From Escherichia coli 042 (GTDB lineage Bacteria > Pseudomonadota > Gammaproteobacteria > Enterobacterales > Enterobacteriaceae), in NCBI RefSeq assembly GCF_000027125.1, contig NC_017626.1: a stretch of DNA of 64,000 bases; one strand, 5' to 3'. The notes below the pieces were generated by a model, which was given only the letters and a program-made list of their open reading frames with translations, was not told where the DNA came from and made no database searches. The translations under genes and the position numbers were made by a program. This document shows, one piece after another, positions 22,419 to 36,364 of the stretch (the stretch's first letter is position 1; the number at the start of each line of letters is the position of its first letter).

Positions 22419-23834
22419 TTACTGCTGGTTTTCGCGTTCAGCAATAAAAGCCAGCGCTTTGTTGATACGCTCGATACTGCGGGTCTTACCGATTGCGTGA
22501 ACAGTAACATCCAGCGCCGGAGACTGCCCCGCACCGGTTACGGCGACACGCAGCGGCATACCAACTTTACCCATACCCACTTCCAGCTCATCCGCCGTCG
22601 CCTGAATAGCGTGATGAACGTTTTCAGCGGTCCAGTCAGTAATCGCAGTCAGTTTGTCACGAACCACTTCCAGCGGCTGACGCGCTACTGGGCGCAGATG
22701 TTTTTTCGCGGCGTCGGCATCGAACTCAGCAAAATCTTCGTAGAAATAGCGGCAGCTCTGTGCCATCTCTTTCAGCGTCTTGCAGCGTTCACCCAGCAGT
22801 TTCACTAGATCAGCCAGCTGCGGGCCGTTACGGGTATCGATATTTTCCTGCTCAATGTGCCACTGTAAGTGAGTAGCAACATACTCCGGCGGCAGCGCGT
22901 TAATGTAGTGATGGTTCAGCCACAGCAGCTTGTCGGTGTTGAACGCACTGGCAGATTTGCTGACGGCATTCAGAGTGAAGTATTTGATCATCTCTTCACG
23001 AGTGAAGATTTCCTGATCGCCGTGGGACCAGCCCAGACGCACCAGATAGTTCAGCAGTGCTTCTGGCAGATAACCGTCATCACGATACTGCATTACGCTG
23101 ACCGCCCCGTGACGTTTGGACAGTTTTTTACCGTCATCGCCGTTGATCATAGAAACGTGTGCGTAAACCGGTACCGGCGCTTTCAGAGCCTTAAGAATGT
23201 TGATCTGGCGCGGTGTGTTGTTGATATGGTCTTCGCCACGGATAACGTGGGTGATTTCCATATCCCAGTCATCGACAACCACACAGAAGTTATAGGTTGG
23301 GGAACCATCGGTACGGCGAATGATCAGATCATCCAGTTCCTGGTTGCTGAACTCGATCGGACCACGGATCTGATCGTCAAAAACAACAGAACCTTCCTGC
23401 GGGTTAGCAAAACGTACAACGCACGGTTCATCATCAGCATGATGATCATGGCTGTGGCGGCAGCGACCGTCATAACGCGGCTTCTCACCTTTCGCCATTT
23501 GCTCTTCGCGCAGCGCTTCCAGGCGCTCTTTAGAACAATAGCATTTATAAGCTGTGCCCTCTTCCAGCATCTGATCGATCACCGCGTTGTAGCGATCAAA
23601 ACGTTTGGTCTGGTAGTACGGACCTTCATCCCACTCCAGGCTCAGCCAGTTCATGCCATCCATAATGGCTTCGATAGCTTCCGGCGTGGAACGCTCAAGA
23701 TCGGTGTCTTCAATACGCAGCACGAACTCACCGCCGTGGTTACGTGCAAAAAGCCAGGAGTAAAGAGCAGTACGCGCGCCGCCAACGTGCAGATAGCCTG
23801 TTGGGCTTGGCGCGAAGCGAGTTTTGATTTTCAT
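22419..23834 (-). CDS. gltX: glutamyl-tRNA synthetase
   Basis: 471-aa ORF recognised as GltX. Confidence 0.95.
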   Translation of the reverse strand: MKIKTRFAPSPTGYLHVGGARTALYSWLFARNHGGEFVLRIEDTDLERSTPEAIEAIMDGMNWLSLEWDEGPYYQTKRFDRYNAVIDQMLEEGTAYKCYCSKERLEALREEQMAKGEKPRYDGRCRHSHDHHADDEPCVVRFANPQEGSVVFDDQIRGPIEFSNQELDDLIIRRTDGSPTYNFCVVVDDWDMEITHVIRGEDHINNTPRQINILKALKAPVPVYAHVSMINGDDGKKLSKRHGAVSVMQYRDDGYLPEALLNYLVRLGWSHGDQEIFTREEMIKYFTLNAVSKSASAFNTDKLLWLNHHYINALPPEYVATHLQWHIEQENIDTRNGPQLADLVKLLGERCKTLKEMAQSCRYFYEDFAEFDADAAKKHLRPVARQPLEVVRDKLTAITDWTAENVHHAIQATADELEVGMGKVGMPLRVAVTGAGQSPALDVTVHAIGKTRSIERINKALAFIAERENQQ

Positions 23835-24047
23835 GAAATGGCCTTACGTTTAGAAAGATGCCGACAACCGGCAAATCCTGGAAAAATTGAGTGGGCGATA
23901 TTCTATCACTCCCGCCTGATTCCTCAATGTAGTTCGGGTTGCAACCTTACGCATTATTGTTTTCGTTGACAAATTGCGCAACACGGTCTGTTTTGCGATC
24001 ATCTTGCTTAAATTTACGACGAACGAACAATTTCTTTAGAAAATGCG

Positions 24048-24075
24048 TTGACTCATTTTGAACTCTCCCTATAAT
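24048..24075 (+). promoter_or_regulatory. sigma70 promoter of the valU-valX-valY-lysV tRNA operon
   Basis: TTGACT-16 bp-TATAAT followed by GC-rich discriminator gcgactcc; first tRNA starts 18 nt downstream. Confidence 0.65.
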
Positions 24076-24092
24076 GCGACTCCACACAGCGG

Positions 24093-24168
24093 GGGTGATT
24101 AGCTCAGCTGGGAGAGCACCTCCCTTACAAGGAGGGGGTCGGCGGTTCGATCCCGTCATCACCCACCA
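24093..24168 (+). tRNA. valU: tRNA-Val (UAC)
   Basis: GGGTGATTAGCTCAGCTGGGAGAGCACCTCCCTTACAAGGAGGGGGTCGGCGGTTCGATCCCGTCATCACCCACCA; anticodon loop CUUACAA. Confidence 0.95.
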
Positions 24169-24212
24169 ACTACTTTATGTAGTCTCCGCCGTGTAGCAAG
24201 AAATTGAGAAGT

Positions 24213-24288
24213 GGGTGATTAGCTCAGCTGGGAGAGCACCTCCCTTACAAGGAGGGGGTCGGCGGTTCGATCCCGTCATCACCCACCA
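24213..24288 (+). tRNA. valX: tRNA-Val (UAC)
   Basis: identical second copy. Confidence 0.95.
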
Positions 24289-24334
24289 CTTTCTCGCCAG
24301 CTAAATTTCTTGTAACAATGTGAAGTACCGAAGT

Positions 24335-24410
24335 GGGTGATTAGCTCAGCTGGGAGAGCACCTCCCTTACAAGGAGGGGGTCGGCGGTTCGATCCCGTCA
24401 TCACCCACCA
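24335..24410 (+). tRNA. valY: tRNA-Val (UAC)
   Basis: identical third copy. Confidence 0.95.
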
Positions 24411-24414
24411 CTTC

Positions 24415-24490
24415 GGGTCGTTAGCTCAGTTGGTAGAGCAGTTGACTTTTAATCAATTGGTCGCAGGTTCGAATCCTGCACGACCCACCA
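24415..24490 (+). tRNA. lysV: tRNA-Lys (UUU)
   Basis: GGGTCGTTAGCTCAGTTGGTAGAGCAGTTGACTTTTAATCAATTGGTCGCAGGTTCGAATCCTGCACGACCCACCA; 4 nt after valY. Confidence 0.95.
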
Positions 24491-24494
24491 ATGT

Positions 24495-24521
24495 AAAAAA
24501 GCGCCCTAAAGGCGCTTTTTT
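24495..24521 (+). terminator. rho-independent terminator of the tRNA operon
   Basis: aaaaaagcgccc-taaa-gggcgctttttt immediately after lysV. Confidence 0.85.
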
Positions 24522-24609
24522 GCTATATGCGGTTTGTAAGATTGATTTTTCTTCTCAAGTTCCTTGTTCTTCTGCCGATATTACCTCGTACAGTGACGAG
24601 GACTGAACA

Positions 24610-24951
24610 ATGGCCACTATCTCTCCAACTTCAATTCCTTCCATACAAACACAGAGTAGTAACAGGGCATCAGAAGGTAGCGATGTTGCTTCACAAATTG
24701 CGCGGATAAGTCAGCAAATCATCAAACTCACTCAACAAATTAAAGAGATTGCAGACACTAGCGGCAGTGCTGAAGACAAGCAAAAACAGGCCGAATTGAT
24801 TCAGCAGCAAATCACCCTACTGGAAACACAACTGGCGCAGTTGCAAAGACAGCAGGCAGAAAAAGCGCAGGAGAAAGAGCAGCGTTTGTCTCTGAATGCA
24901 TCCCTTCCAAATCCTGTTGAAAAAACGACTCAGATCGATATCTATATCTGA
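24610..24951 (+). CDS. orphan Q/E-rich coiled-coil protein, possibly FlxA-like (113 aa)
   Basis: ORF with GAGGA SD 7 nt upstream; Ser/Thr-rich N-terminus, heptad-like Q/L/I repeats, C-terminal QIDIYI; FlxA-like call is from memory only. Confidence 0.5.
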   Translation: MATISPTSIPSIQTQSSNRASEGSDVASQIARISQQIIKLTQQIKEIADTSGSAEDKQKQAELIQQQITLLETQLAQLQRQQAEKAQEKEQRLSLNASLPNPVEKTTQIDIYI

Positions 24952-25868
24952 TACAGCGGATCCCCTTCCCGCCCAGCCATTAGAGCACGGCCCTGGCCTC
25001 GTACCACGTCCCATAACGCTTGTGCGGCGGTGGAAAGTGAACGGTTCTTCCTGCGCACCAGCATCAACTGGCGTTCCACCACCGGCGTAATGCGCTTTAC
25101 CACCAGCGGGCTACCTTCAGGTAACGGCAGCGCCAGTGCGGGAAGAATACTAATGCCGATGCCTGCGGCTACCATCGGGAACAGCGTCGCCGGATGTCCA
25201 ATCTCCTGCACAATATTCGCCTGAATACCATTGCGCGCCAGCGCTGCGTCAATCAGCGGTCGGCTGCCTGACGCGTAATCCTGCAACACCAATTTCGCTC
25301 CCTGTAATGCCTGCCAGGGTACATAATCTTCCGCGGCCAAAGCGCTATCGCGATGGCAAAGCAAGAAGAAAGGCTCGGAAAGAATCGCTTCACATTGCAG
25401 ATCGCCCACTGGGCCTGGATCGATGACGATGCCAAAATCGACATCTCCCTGGCGAATACTTTCCATCACCCACTGCTGCGGACGATCGTGCAGGATAAAC
25501 TGAATATCTGGATAGCGGCGATGGCTTTCAGCAATGCATTGCGGAATAAGATGCGCGGAAATGGTCTGGCTGGCAGCGACCCGAACTTTTCCGCTCAGTT
25601 GTTGCCCCATACGCCCGGTATCGCGCAACGTGCTGTTAAGTTCATCCAGCAGTCGCTCAAGACGCAAAGCCAACTGCTGCCCTGCATCTGTAAGCACCAC
25701 TTCACGCGTGGTTCTGTCCAGCAGGCGAACACCAGTATGATTTTCCAGCTCCTTCACACTGTGACTTACTGCCGACTGACTCAGGCCGATACGCTCTCCT
25801 GCACGACTAAAACTTTTCTCCTGCGCTACTGTGACGAAAACCTTTAATTGTTTTAAAGAATAATTCAT
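24942..25868 (-). CDS. yfeR: LysR-family transcriptional regulator
   Basis: 308-aa ORF; N-terminal LysR HTH ([13 protein letters not shown]); recognised as YfeR. Confidence 0.88.
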   Translation of the reverse strand: MNYSLKQLKVFVTVAQEKSFSRAGERIGLSQSAVSHSVKELENHTGVRLLDRTTREVVLTDAGQQLALRLERLLDELNSTLRDTGRMGQQLSGKVRVAASQTISAHLIPQCIAESHRRYPDIQFILHDRPQQWVMESIRQGDVDFGIVIDPGPVGDLQCEAILSEPFFLLCHRDSALAAEDYVPWQALQGAKLVLQDYASGSRPLIDAALARNGIQANIVQEIGHPATLFPMVAAGIGISILPALALPLPEGSPLVVKRITPVVERQLMLVRRKNRSLSTAAQALWDVVRGQGRALMAGREGDPLYQI

Positions 25869-25957
25869 CTGTTTTATTCATGAATGGATGCAATAAATCA
25901 ATTTTATTTCTCAAACTGGAAGAAGCACAATAGAACCATCGATCATCTGGAGTCTTT

Positions 25958-26956
25958 ATGAAACTTTTTCGTATCCTCGATCCTTTCACCTTAACCCTGA
26001 TCACGGTGGTGTTGCTGGCCTCTTTCTTTCCGGCCAGAGGCGATTTCGTCCCCTTCTTTGAAAATCTGACCACTGCAGCTATTGCCCTGCTGTTCTTTAT
26101 GCACGGCGCGAAGTTGTCGCGTGAGGCGATTATTGCTGGCGGTGGGCACTGGCGACTGCATTTGTGGGTAATGTGCAGCACCTTCGTATTGTTTCCGATT
26201 CTGGGCGTGCTGTTTGCCTGGTGGAAACCGGTAAATGTCGACCCGATGCTCTACTCCGGTTTTCTCTACTTGTGCATTCTCCCCGCTACCGTGCAGTCTG
26301 CAATCGCCTTTACTTCAATGGCGGGCGGTAACGTCGCGGCAGCGGTTTGTTCTGCGTCAGCATCCAGCCTGTTGGGGATTTTCCTTTCACCATTGCTGGT
26401 TGGTCTGGTGATGAATGTTCACGGTGCAGGGGGCAGCCTTGAGCAGGTCGGTAAAATTATGCTGCAACTGCTGCTGCCGTTTGTGTTGGGGCATCTTTCC
26501 CGGCCGTGGATTGGTGACTGGGTGTCGCGCAATAAAAAATGGATTGCGAAAACTGACCAGACGTCCATTCTGTTGGTGGTTTATACAGCGTTCAGCGAAG
26601 CCGTCGTTAATGGTATCTGGCATAAAGTTGGCTGGGGATCATTGCTGTTTATCGTGGTGGTCAGCTGCGTTCTTCTGGCTATCGTGATCGTAGTTAACGT
26701 CTTTATGGCACGCCGACTGGGCTTCAATAAGGCAGATGAAATTACTATCGTCTTTTGTGGTTCGAAAAAGAGTCTGGCAAATGGCATCCCGATGGCAAAC
26801 ATTCTTTTCCCCACATCGGTGATCGGTATGATGGTGCTGCCTCTGATGATTTTCCATCAGATCCAATTGATGGTCTGTGCGGTGCTGGCGCGTCGATACA
26901 AACACCAGACCGAACAGTTACAGGCGCAGCAGGAAAGCCGCGCCAATAAAGCTTAA
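25958..26956 (+). CDS. yfeH: putative Na+-dependent solute symporter (BASS-like)
   Basis: 332-aa polytopic ORF recognised as YfeH; divergent from yfeR. Confidence 0.85.
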   Translation: MKLFRILDPFTLTLITVVLLASFFPARGDFVPFFENLTTAAIALLFFMHGAKLSREAIIAGGGHWRLHLWVMCSTFVLFPILGVLFAWWKPVNVDPMLYSGFLYLCILPATVQSAIAFTSMAGGNVAAAVCSASASSLLGIFLSPLLVGLVMNVHGAGGSLEQVGKIMLQLLLPFVLGHLSRPWIGDWVSRNKKWIAKTDQTSILLVVYTAFSEAVVNGIWHKVGWGSLLFIVVVSCVLLAIVIVVNVFMARRLGFNKADEITIVFCGSKKSLANGIPMANILFPTSVIGMMVLPLMIFHQIQLMVCAVLARRYKHQTEQLQAQQESRANKA

Positions 26957-27171
26957 AGAGGACGCTTCAGGGGCTGGACCAGTTGCGTCAGCCCCTCAGT
27001 TTTAATCAGCAGCGTGATTTGCATTAGCTCACCGAGCTTCCCTGCCGGGAACTCATCTTTGCGGGCAAACCACAGAAGATACTCCTCCGGCAGGTCGATT
27101 AAGCGACGCCCTTTGTATTTGCCAAACGGCATTATCGTATTGGCTATTTCAATCAGCTGCTCTTTTTCCAT
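26953..27171 (-). CDS. ypeB: small conserved protein (DUF3820-like)
   Basis: ORF 26953..27264 trimmed to ATG 27171 (MEKEQLIEIANTIMPFGKYKGRR...), 72 aa, starting right after ligA stop. Confidence 0.7.
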   Translation of the reverse strand: MEKEQLIEIANTIMPFGKYKGRRLIDLPEEYLLWFARKDEFPAGKLGELMQITLLIKTEGLTQLVQPLKRPL

Positions 27172-27172
27172 C

Positions 27173-29197
<2,025 letters not shown>

Positions 29198-29205
29198 TCA
29201 ATGCT

Positions 29206-29230
29206 AAAAACCCCCGACAAGCGGGGGTTC
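29206..29230 (-). terminator. rho-independent terminator downstream of zipA
   Basis: minus strand reads gaacccccgc-ttgt-cgggggttttt. Confidence 0.75.
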
Positions 29231-29258
29231 GAAGAGGAGTTAATTTGCCTTAAGTGTA

Positions 29259-30257
29259 TCAGGCGTTGGCGTCTTTGACTTCGCGGATGATGTCCTGGTA
29301 CTCGCGCAATTTCTGCGGAGTCATCATACGGCGCTGATCGTCAAGCACTACACCGCCCACTTCATCGGCAATATGCTGCGCAGATTGCAGCATCAGCTTG
29401 AAGTTCTGCAGCTCGTCACCGTAAGACGGTACCTGCATAAAGATAGTGACACCCGGAGTAGTGAAATCCTTCATTTCAGGATCAAAGGTTCCCGGTTTCA
29501 CCATATTCGCCAGGCTGAATAACGCCGGGCCGCTGCCATCCGGGCTAAGATGACGATGGTAAATATTCATATCGCCAAAAATGAAGCCCGCTTGTTGAAT
29601 GCTGTTAAGAAGCAGTTCACCGTTTAGCTCGCTACCGTGATGCGCCGCGACGTTCATGATAATCACCGCTTCTTTGCGCTTCGGTTTATCCATAACTGGA
29701 GCCGGTTCCGCTACAGGCTCAGGCTGTGGTGCCGCTACAGGCTCTGCAGGCTGGAAAGCCTGTTGTGCCGGTTGCGGTGCTGAATGCACTGGCTGCGGCG
29801 CTGATGCGACCTTTGGCGAAACTGGCTGCTGCAACGGCTGTTCAGGCTGCGGCTGATAGGCAGGCTGCTGCACGGGTTGCTGCACCGGCTGCGCTGGACG
29901 CGGAGCATGTTGCGGCGGTACCTGCGCTTCAGGCGGCGGCTGGACCGGTTGACGCGGCTGCGCAGACGCATAAGGCGGTTGGTACTGGTGTTGCGGCGAC
30001 GGACGAGCAGCCTCATGCTCCTGGGCGTTAGCCGGGGCATGATTCACGCGGTGAACACGAACCTCACCAACGCCCTCATCATCTTCGACATCCTCGTCAT
30101 AAGAATCGTCGTCACGTTTTGACTTCATTCGTTTTAGTGGCCGATCGCGGAACATAGAAGATCGTTCTTTACGGCTGGTCCAGAAACCATGTACCAGTAA
30201 AGCGATTATGGCGATCGCGCCAACAATGATTAATATCAGACGCAAATCCTGCATCAT
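29259..30257 (-). CDS. zipA: cell-division protein ZipA (FtsZ membrane anchor)
   Basis: ORF 29259..30308 trimmed to ATG 30257 ([16 protein letters not shown]...); TM anchor, long P/Q-rich linker, C-terminal FtsZ-binding domain. Confidence 0.88.
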   Translation of the reverse strand: MMQDLRLILIIVGAIAIIALLVHGFWTSRKERSSMFRDRPLKRMKSKRDDDSYDEDVEDDEGVGEVRVHRVNHAPANAQEHEAARPSPQHQYQPPYASAQPRQPVQPPPEAQVPPQHAPRPAQPVQQPVQQPAYQPQPEQPLQQPVSPKVASAPQPVHSAPQPAQQAFQPAEPVAAPQPEPVAEPAPVMDKPKRKEAVIIMNVAAHHGSELNGELLLNSIQQAGFIFGDMNIYHRHLSPDGSGPALFSLANMVKPGTFDPEMKDFTTPGVTIFMQVPSYGDELQNFKLMLQSAQHIADEVGGVVLDDQRRMMTPQKLREYQDIIREVKDANA

Positions 30258-30486
30258 TATATTCTCTGTTGTTCTAACACCTTGCCACCACGGCAAACAT
30301 TTACTCACTAAGAGTATTTGCCGATTACCTCAAGTGCAAGTGCACTATTAACTTTCACAGCACAAAGATAGATGAAATCGTGCTTTTTGCTGTTTTTTCG
30401 AACATATCCTAACTGTCCATTGCGCAATTACCCGGTAAAATACGCAGAATTTTCCTGGGATTGGTCAAAAGGAGCTCATCCTGATT

Positions 30487-31248
30487 ATGGTTTCATCATT
30501 CACATCTGCCCCACGCAGCGGTTTTTACTATTTTGCGCAAGGCTGGAAGCTCGTCTCGCAACCTGGGATTCGGCGTTTCGTTATTTTACCGCTGCTGGTC
30601 AATATTTTGTTGATGGGGGGCGCATTCTGGTGGCTCTTTACGCAACTCGATGTCTGGATCCCGACTCTCATGAGTTATGTTCCGGACTGGTTACAATGGC
30701 TGAGCTATCTGTTGTGGCCTCTGGCAGTCATCTCCGTGCTGTTAGTGTTTGGCTATTTCTTCTCAACGATTGCTAACTGGATTGCCGCTCCGTTTAACGG
30801 TTTATTGGCTGAACAACTGGAAGCACGATTGACTGGCGCTACACCGCCAGATACCGGGATTTTCGGTATCATGAAAGATGTGCCGCGAATCATGAAACGC
30901 GAATGGCAAAAATTTGCCTGGTATCTGCCGCGCGCAATTGTATTACTAATTCTTTACTTCATCCCTGGTATTGGGCAAACCGTCGCGCCGGTACTGTGGT
31001 TCCTGTTTAGCGCCTGGATGTTAGCCATCCAGTATTGCGATTACCCCTTCGATAACCACAAAGTGCCGTTTAAAGAGATGCGCACCGCCCTGCGCACACG
31101 CAAAATCACCAATATGCAGTTTGGTGCTTTAACCAGCCTGTTTACGATGATCCCGCTGCTTAATCTGTTCATCATGCCCGTTGCCGTTTGTGGTGCGACG
31201 GCGATGTGGGTCGATTGCTATCGCGATAAACACGCGATGTGGCGGTAA
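30487..31248 (+). CDS. cysZ: sulfate transporter CysZ
   Basis: 253-aa membrane ORF recognised as CysZ. Confidence 0.9.
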
Positions 31249-31432
31249 CAATCTACCGGTTATTTTGTAAACCGCTTGTGTGAAACAGGGGTGGCTTATG
31301 CCGCCCCTTATTCCATCTTGCATGTCATTATTTCCCTTCTGCATATAGATATGCTAAATCCTTACTTCCGCATATTCTCTGAGCGGGTATGCTAGCTGTT
31401 GTATCCCAATTTCATACAGTTAAGGACAGGCC

Positions 31433-32404
31433 ATGAGTAAGATTTTTGAAGATAACTCGCTGACTATCGGTCACACGCCGCTGGTTCGCCTGAATCGCAT
31501 CGGTAACGGACGCATTCTGGCGAAGGTGGAATCTCGTAACCCCAGCTTCAGCGTTAAGTGCCGTATCGGTGCCAACATGATTTGGGATGCCGAAAAGCGC
31601 GGCGTGCTGAAACCAGGCGTTGAACTGGTTGAACCAACCAGCGGTAATACCGGGATTGCACTGGCCTATGTCGCTGCCGCTCGCGGTTACAAACTCACCC
31701 TGACCATGCCAGAAACCATGAGTATTGAACGCCGCAAGCTGCTGAAAGCGTTAGGTGCAAACCTGGTGCTGACCGAAGGTGCTAAAGGCATGAAAGGCGC
31801 AATCCAAAAAGCAGAAGAAATTGTCGCCAGCAATCCAGAGAAATACCTGCTGCTGCAACAATTCAGCAATCCGGCAAACCCTGAAATTCACGAAAAAACC
31901 ACCGGTCCGGAGATCTGGGAAGATACCGACGGTCAGGTTGATGTATTTATTGCTGGCGTTGGGACTGGCGGTACGCTGACCGGCGTCAGCCGCTACATTA
32001 AAGGCACCAAAGGCAAGACCGATCTTATCTCTGTCGCCGTTGAGCCAACCGATTCTCCAGTTATCGCCCAGGCGCTGGCAGGTGAAGAGATTAAACCTGG
32101 CCCGCATAAAATTCAGGGTATTGGCGCTGGTTTTATCCCGGCGAACCTCGATCTCAAGCTGGTCGATAAAGTCATTGGCATCACCAATGAAGAAGCCATT
32201 TCTACCGCGCGTCGTCTGATGGAAGAAGAAGGTATTCTTGCAGGTATCTCTTCTGGAGCAGCTGTTGCTGCGGCGTTGAAACTACAAGAAGATGAAAGCT
32301 TTACCAACAAGAATATTGTGGTTATTCTACCGTCATCGGGTGAGCGTTATTTAAGCACCGCATTGTTTGCCGATCTCTTCACTGAGAAAGAATTGCAACA
32401 GTAA
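31433..32404 (+). CDS. cysK: cysteine synthase A (O-acetylserine sulfhydrylase A)
   Basis: 323-aa ORF recognised as CysK. Confidence 0.95.
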   Translation: MSKIFEDNSLTIGHTPLVRLNRIGNGRILAKVESRNPSFSVKCRIGANMIWDAEKRGVLKPGVELVEPTSGNTGIALAYVAAARGYKLTLTMPETMSIERRKLLKALGANLVLTEGAKGMKGAIQKAEEIVASNPEKYLLLQQFSNPANPEIHEKTTGPEIWEDTDGQVDVFIAGVGTGGTLTGVSRYIKGTKGKTDLISVAVEPTDSPVIAQALAGEEIKPGPHKIQGIGAGFIPANLDLKLVDKVIGITNEEAISTARRLMEEEGILAGISSGAAVAAALKLQEDESFTNKNIVVILPSSGERYLSTALFADLFTEKELQQ

Positions 32405-32426
32405 TGCCAGCTTGTTAAAAATGCGT

Positions 32427-32455
32427 AAAAAAGCACCTTTTCAGGTGCTTTTTTG
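32427..32455 (+). terminator. rho-independent terminator after cysK
   Basis: aaaaaagcacc-ttttca-ggtgcttttttg. Confidence 0.8.
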
Positions 32456-32787
32456 TGGCCTGCTTCAAACTTTCGCCCCTCCTGGCATTGATTCAGCCTG
32501 TCGGAACTGGTATTTAACCAGACTAATTATTTTGATGCGCGAAATTAATCGTTACAGGAAAAGCCAAAGCTGAATCGATTTTATGATTTGGTTCAATTCT
32601 TCCTTTAGCGGCATAATGTTTAATGACGTACGAAACGTCAGCGGTCAACACCCGCCAGCAATGGACTGTATTGCGCTCTTCGTGCGTCGCGTCTGTTAAA
32701 AACTGGCGCTAACAATACAGGCTAAAGTCGAACCGCCAGGCTAGACTTTAGTTCCACAACACTAAACCTATAAGTTGGGGAAATACA

Positions 32788-33045
32788 ATGTTCCAGCAAG
32801 AAGTTACCATTACCGCTCCGAACGGTCTGCACACCCGCCCTGCTGCCCAGTTTGTAAAAGAAGCTAAGGGCTTCACTTCTGAAATTACTGTGACTTCCAA
32901 CGGCAAAAGCGCCAGCGCGAAAAGCCTGTTTAAACTGCAGACTCTGGGCCTGACTCAAGGTACCGTTGTGACTATCTCCGCAGAAGGCGAAGACGAGCAG
33001 AAAGCGGTTGAACATCTGGTTAAACTGATGGCGGAACTCGAGTAA
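32788..33045 (+). CDS. ptsH: PTS phosphocarrier protein HPr
   Basis: 85-aa [26 protein letters not shown]..., canonical HPr. Confidence 0.97.
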
Positions 33046-33089
33046 TTTCCCGGGTTCTTTTAAAAATCAGTCACAAGTAAGGTAGGGTT

Positions 33090-34817
33090 ATGATTTCAGG
33101 CATTTTAGCATCCCCGGGTATCGCTTTCGGTAAAGCTCTGCTTCTGAAAGAAGACGAAATTGTCATTGACCGGAAAAAAATTTCTGCCGACCAGGTTGAT
33201 CAGGAAGTTGAACGTTTTCTGAGCGGTCGTGCCAAGGCATCAGCCCAGCTGGAAACGATCAAAACGAAAGCTGGTGAAACGTTCGGTGAAGAAAAAGAAG
33301 CCATCTTTGAAGGGCATATTATGCTGCTCGAAGATGAGGAGCTGGAGCAGGAAATCATAGCCCTGATTAAAGATAAGCACATGACAGCTGACGCAGCTGC
33401 TCATGAAGTTATCGAAGGTCAGGCTTCTGCCCTGGAAGAGCTGGATGATGAATACCTGAAAGAACGTGCGGCTGACGTACGTGATATCGGTAAGCGCCTG
33501 CTGCGCAACATCCTGGGCCTGAAGATTATCGACCTGAGCGCCATTCAGGATGAAGTCATTCTGGTTGCCGCTGACCTGACGCCGTCCGAAACCGCACAGC
33601 TGAACCTGAAGAAGGTGCTGGGTTTCATCACCGACGCGGGTGGCCGTACTTCCCACACCTCTATCATGGCGCGTTCTCTGGAACTGCCTGCTATCGTGGG
33701 TACCGGTAGCGTCACCTCTCAGGTGAAAAATGACGACTATCTGATTCTGGATGCCGTAAATAATCAGGTTTACGTCAATCCAACCAACGAAGTTATTGAT
33801 AAAATGCGCGCTGTTCAGGAGCAAGTGGCTTCTGAAAAAGCAGAGCTTGCTAAACTGAAAGATCTGCCAGCTATTACGCTGGACGGTCACCAGGTAGAAG
33901 TGTGCGCTAACATTGGTACGGTTCGTGACGTTGAAGGTGCAGAGCGTAACGGCGCTGAAGGCGTTGGTCTGTATCGTACTGAGTTCCTGTTCATGGACCG
34001 CGACGCGCTGCCCACTGAAGAAGAACAGTTTGCTGCTTACAAAGCAGTGGCTGAAGCGTGTGGCTCGCAGGCGGTTATCGTTCGTACCATGGACATCGGC
34101 GGCGACAAAGAGCTGCCATACATGAACTTCCCGAAAGAAGAAAACCCGTTCCTCGGCTGGCGCGCTATCCGTATCGCGATGGATCGTAAAGAGATCCTGC
34201 GCGATCAGCTCCGCGCTATCCTGCGTGCCTCGGCTTTCGGTAAATTGCGCATTATGTTCCCGATGATCATCTCTGTTGAAGAAGTGCGTGCACTGCGCAA
34301 AGAGATCGAAATCTACAAACAGGAACTGCGCGACGAAGGTAAAGCGTTTGACGAGTCAATTGAAATCGGCGTAATGGTGGAAACACCGGCTGCCGCAACA
34401 ATTGCACGTCATTTAGCCAAAGAAGTTGATTTCTTTAGTATCGGCACCAATGATTTAACGCAGTACACTCTGGCAGTTGACCGTGGTAATGATATGATTT
34501 CACACCTTTACCAGCCAATGTCACCGTCCGTGCTGAACTTGATCAAGCAAGTTATTGATGCTTCTCATGCTGAAGGCAAATGGACTGGCATGTGTGGTGA
34601 GCTTGCTGGCGATGAACGTGCTACACTTCTGTTGCTGGGGATGGGTCTGGACGAATTCTCTATGAGCGCCATTTCTATCCCGCGCATTAAGAAGATTATC
34701 CGTAACACGAACTTCGAAGATGCGAAGGTGTTAGCAGAGCAGGCTCTTGCTCAACCGACAACGGACGAGTTAATGACGCTGGTTAACAAGTTCATTGAAG
34801 AAAAAACAATCTGCTAA
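33090..34817 (+). CDS. ptsI: PTS Enzyme I
   Basis: 575-aa ORF recognised as PtsI. Confidence 0.97.
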   Translation: MISGILASPGIAFGKALLLKEDEIVIDRKKISADQVDQEVERFLSGRAKASAQLETIKTKAGETFGEEKEAIFEGHIMLLEDEELEQEIIALIKDKHMTADAAAHEVIEGQASALEELDDEYLKERAADVRDIGKRLLRNILGLKIIDLSAIQDEVILVAADLTPSETAQLNLKKVLGFITDAGGRTSHTSIMARSLELPAIVGTGSVTSQVKNDDYLILDAVNNQVYVNPTNEVIDKMRAVQEQVASEKAELAKLKDLPAITLDGHQVEVCANIGTVRDVEGAERNGAEGVGLYRTEFLFMDRDALPTEEEQFAAYKAVAEACGSQAVIVRTMDIGGDKELPYMNFPKEENPFLGWRAIRIAMDRKEILRDQLRAILRASAFGKLRIMFPMIISVEEVRALRKEIEIYKQELRDEGKAFDESIEIGVMVETPAAATIARHLAKEVDFFSIGTNDLTQYTLAVDRGNDMISHLYQPMSPSVLNLIKQVIDASHAEGKWTGMCGELAGDERATLLLLGMGLDEFSMSAISIPRIKKIIRNTNFEDAKVLAEQALAQPTTDELMTLVNKFIEEKTIC

Positions 34818-34857
34818 TCCACGAGATGCGGCCCAATTTACTGCTTAGGAGAAGATC

Positions 34858-35367
34858 ATGGGTTTGTTCGATAAACTGAAATCTCTGGTTTCCGACGACA
34901 AGAAGGATACCGGAACTATTGAGATCATTGCTCCGCTCTCTGGCGAGATCGTCAATATCGAAGACGTGCCGGATGTCGTTTTTGCGGAAAAAATCGTTGG
35001 TGATGGCATTGCTATCAAACCAACTGGAAACAAAATGGTCGCGCCTGTAGACGGCACCATTGGTAAAATCTTTGAAACCAACCACGCGTTCTCTATCGAA
35101 TCTGATAGCGGCGTTGAACTGTTCGTCCACTTCGGTATCGACACCGTTGAACTGAAAGGCGAAGGCTTCAAGCGTATTGCTGAAGAAGGTCAGCGCGTGA
35201 AAGTTGGCGATACTGTCATTGAATTCGATCTGCCGCTGCTGGAAGAGAAAGCCAAGTCTACCCTGACTCCGGTTGTTATCTCCAACATGGACGAAATCAA
35301 AGAACTGATCAAACTGTCCGGTAGCGTAACCGTGGGTGAAACCCCGGTTATCCGCATCAAGAAGTAA
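34858..35367 (+). CDS. crr: glucose-specific PTS EIIA (EIIA-Glc)
   Basis: 169-aa ORF recognised as Crr. Confidence 0.97.
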
Positions 35368-35381
35368 TTCTTGCCGCAGTG

Positions 35382-35410
35382 AAAAATGGCGCCCATCGGC
35401 GCCATTTTTT
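35382..35410. terminator. bidirectional terminator between crr and pdxK
   Basis: aaaaatggcgcc-catc-ggcgccatttttt. Confidence 0.8.
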
Positions 35411-36260
35411 ATGCTTCCGCCAGCGGCGGCAAAATCAATTCATCGCTCTCATGCTGCTGGGTGTAGCGCATCACTTCCAGTACGCGCAACCCCGCACGGT
35501 GCACCGCATCGTTTAACGCCTTCCCTTTCAGCAAACCACTGATAAGCTGAGCACAAAACAGGTCGCCAGTCCCTTTCAGGTCGGTTTTTACCCGTGAATG
35601 GGAAATGACATTCACGCTGTCGGCAGTGACCACCACCACCTGCATCTCCTGATTTTCTTCATTACCGGAGGCGCTGGTAATCACCACCCATTTTAATGTG
35701 TCTGAAAGCAGACTTTTTGCGGCAGCAATGGCACTGTCGAGATCGCGGCAATTTTTACCGGTCAGGATTTCCAGCTCAAAAATATTGGGGGTAATTCCCT
35801 GCGCCAGCGGCAGTAAATATTGTCGATACGCCTCGGGAAGGTCAGGTTTGACATAAATTCCGCTATCAATATCGCCAATCACTGGATCGACCATGATCAA
35901 TAGGTCAGGATGATCTTTGCGTAGCGCAGTCAGCCACTCGGCAAGGATTTTGATTTGCGATGCCGTTCCCATATAGCCCGTGGTTACAGCACGAAGTTGG
36001 CGCAACGCATCACGCTCCTGAAGCGCACGCAAATAGCCGCTAAACCATTCGTCCGGAATCGCACCACCGTAGAAAGTGTCATAATGCGGTGTATTGCTCA
36101 GCAATACAGTCGGCACGGCAAAGACATTCAAGCCGTTCTGTTTGATAGCAGGCACGGCAATGCTGTTGCCTACGCTGCCGTACACTACCTGCGACTGCAC
36201 GGCGACGATATCCGCCTGCAATGCCCTGCTCTTATCGTTAAACAACAACAAACTACTCAT
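35409..36260 (-). CDS. pdxK: pyridoxal/pyridoxine/pyridoxamine kinase
   Basis: 283-aa ORF recognised as PdxK. Confidence 0.92.
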   Translation of the reverse strand: MSSLLLFNDKSRALQADIVAVQSQVVYGSVGNSIAVPAIKQNGLNVFAVPTVLLSNTPHYDTFYGGAIPDEWFSGYLRALQERDALRQLRAVTTGYMGTASQIKILAEWLTALRKDHPDLLIMVDPVIGDIDSGIYVKPDLPEAYRQYLLPLAQGITPNIFELEILTGKNCRDLDSAIAAAKSLLSDTLKWVVITSASGNEENQEMQVVVVTADSVNVISHSRVKTDLKGTGDLFCAQLISGLLKGKALNDAVHRAGLRVLEVMRYTQQHESDELILPPLAEA

Positions 36261-36273
36261 TTAATTTTTTCTC

Positions 36274-36339
<66 letters not shown>

Positions 36340-36364
36340 CACAAAACAAGGATAAGGTAATTCA

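Noticed and set aside
22869-23969. 366-aa plus-strand ORF
   Set aside because: Lies antisense within gltX, which has a clear full-length GltX translation; no independent start signals
29656-30122. Several Ala/Arg/Gln-rich ORFs and apparent short tandem repeats
   Set aside because: They fall in the P/Q-rich linker of zipA; low-complexity coding DNA creates open frames on both strands, and the repeat is a protein linker, not a mobile or regulatory repeat
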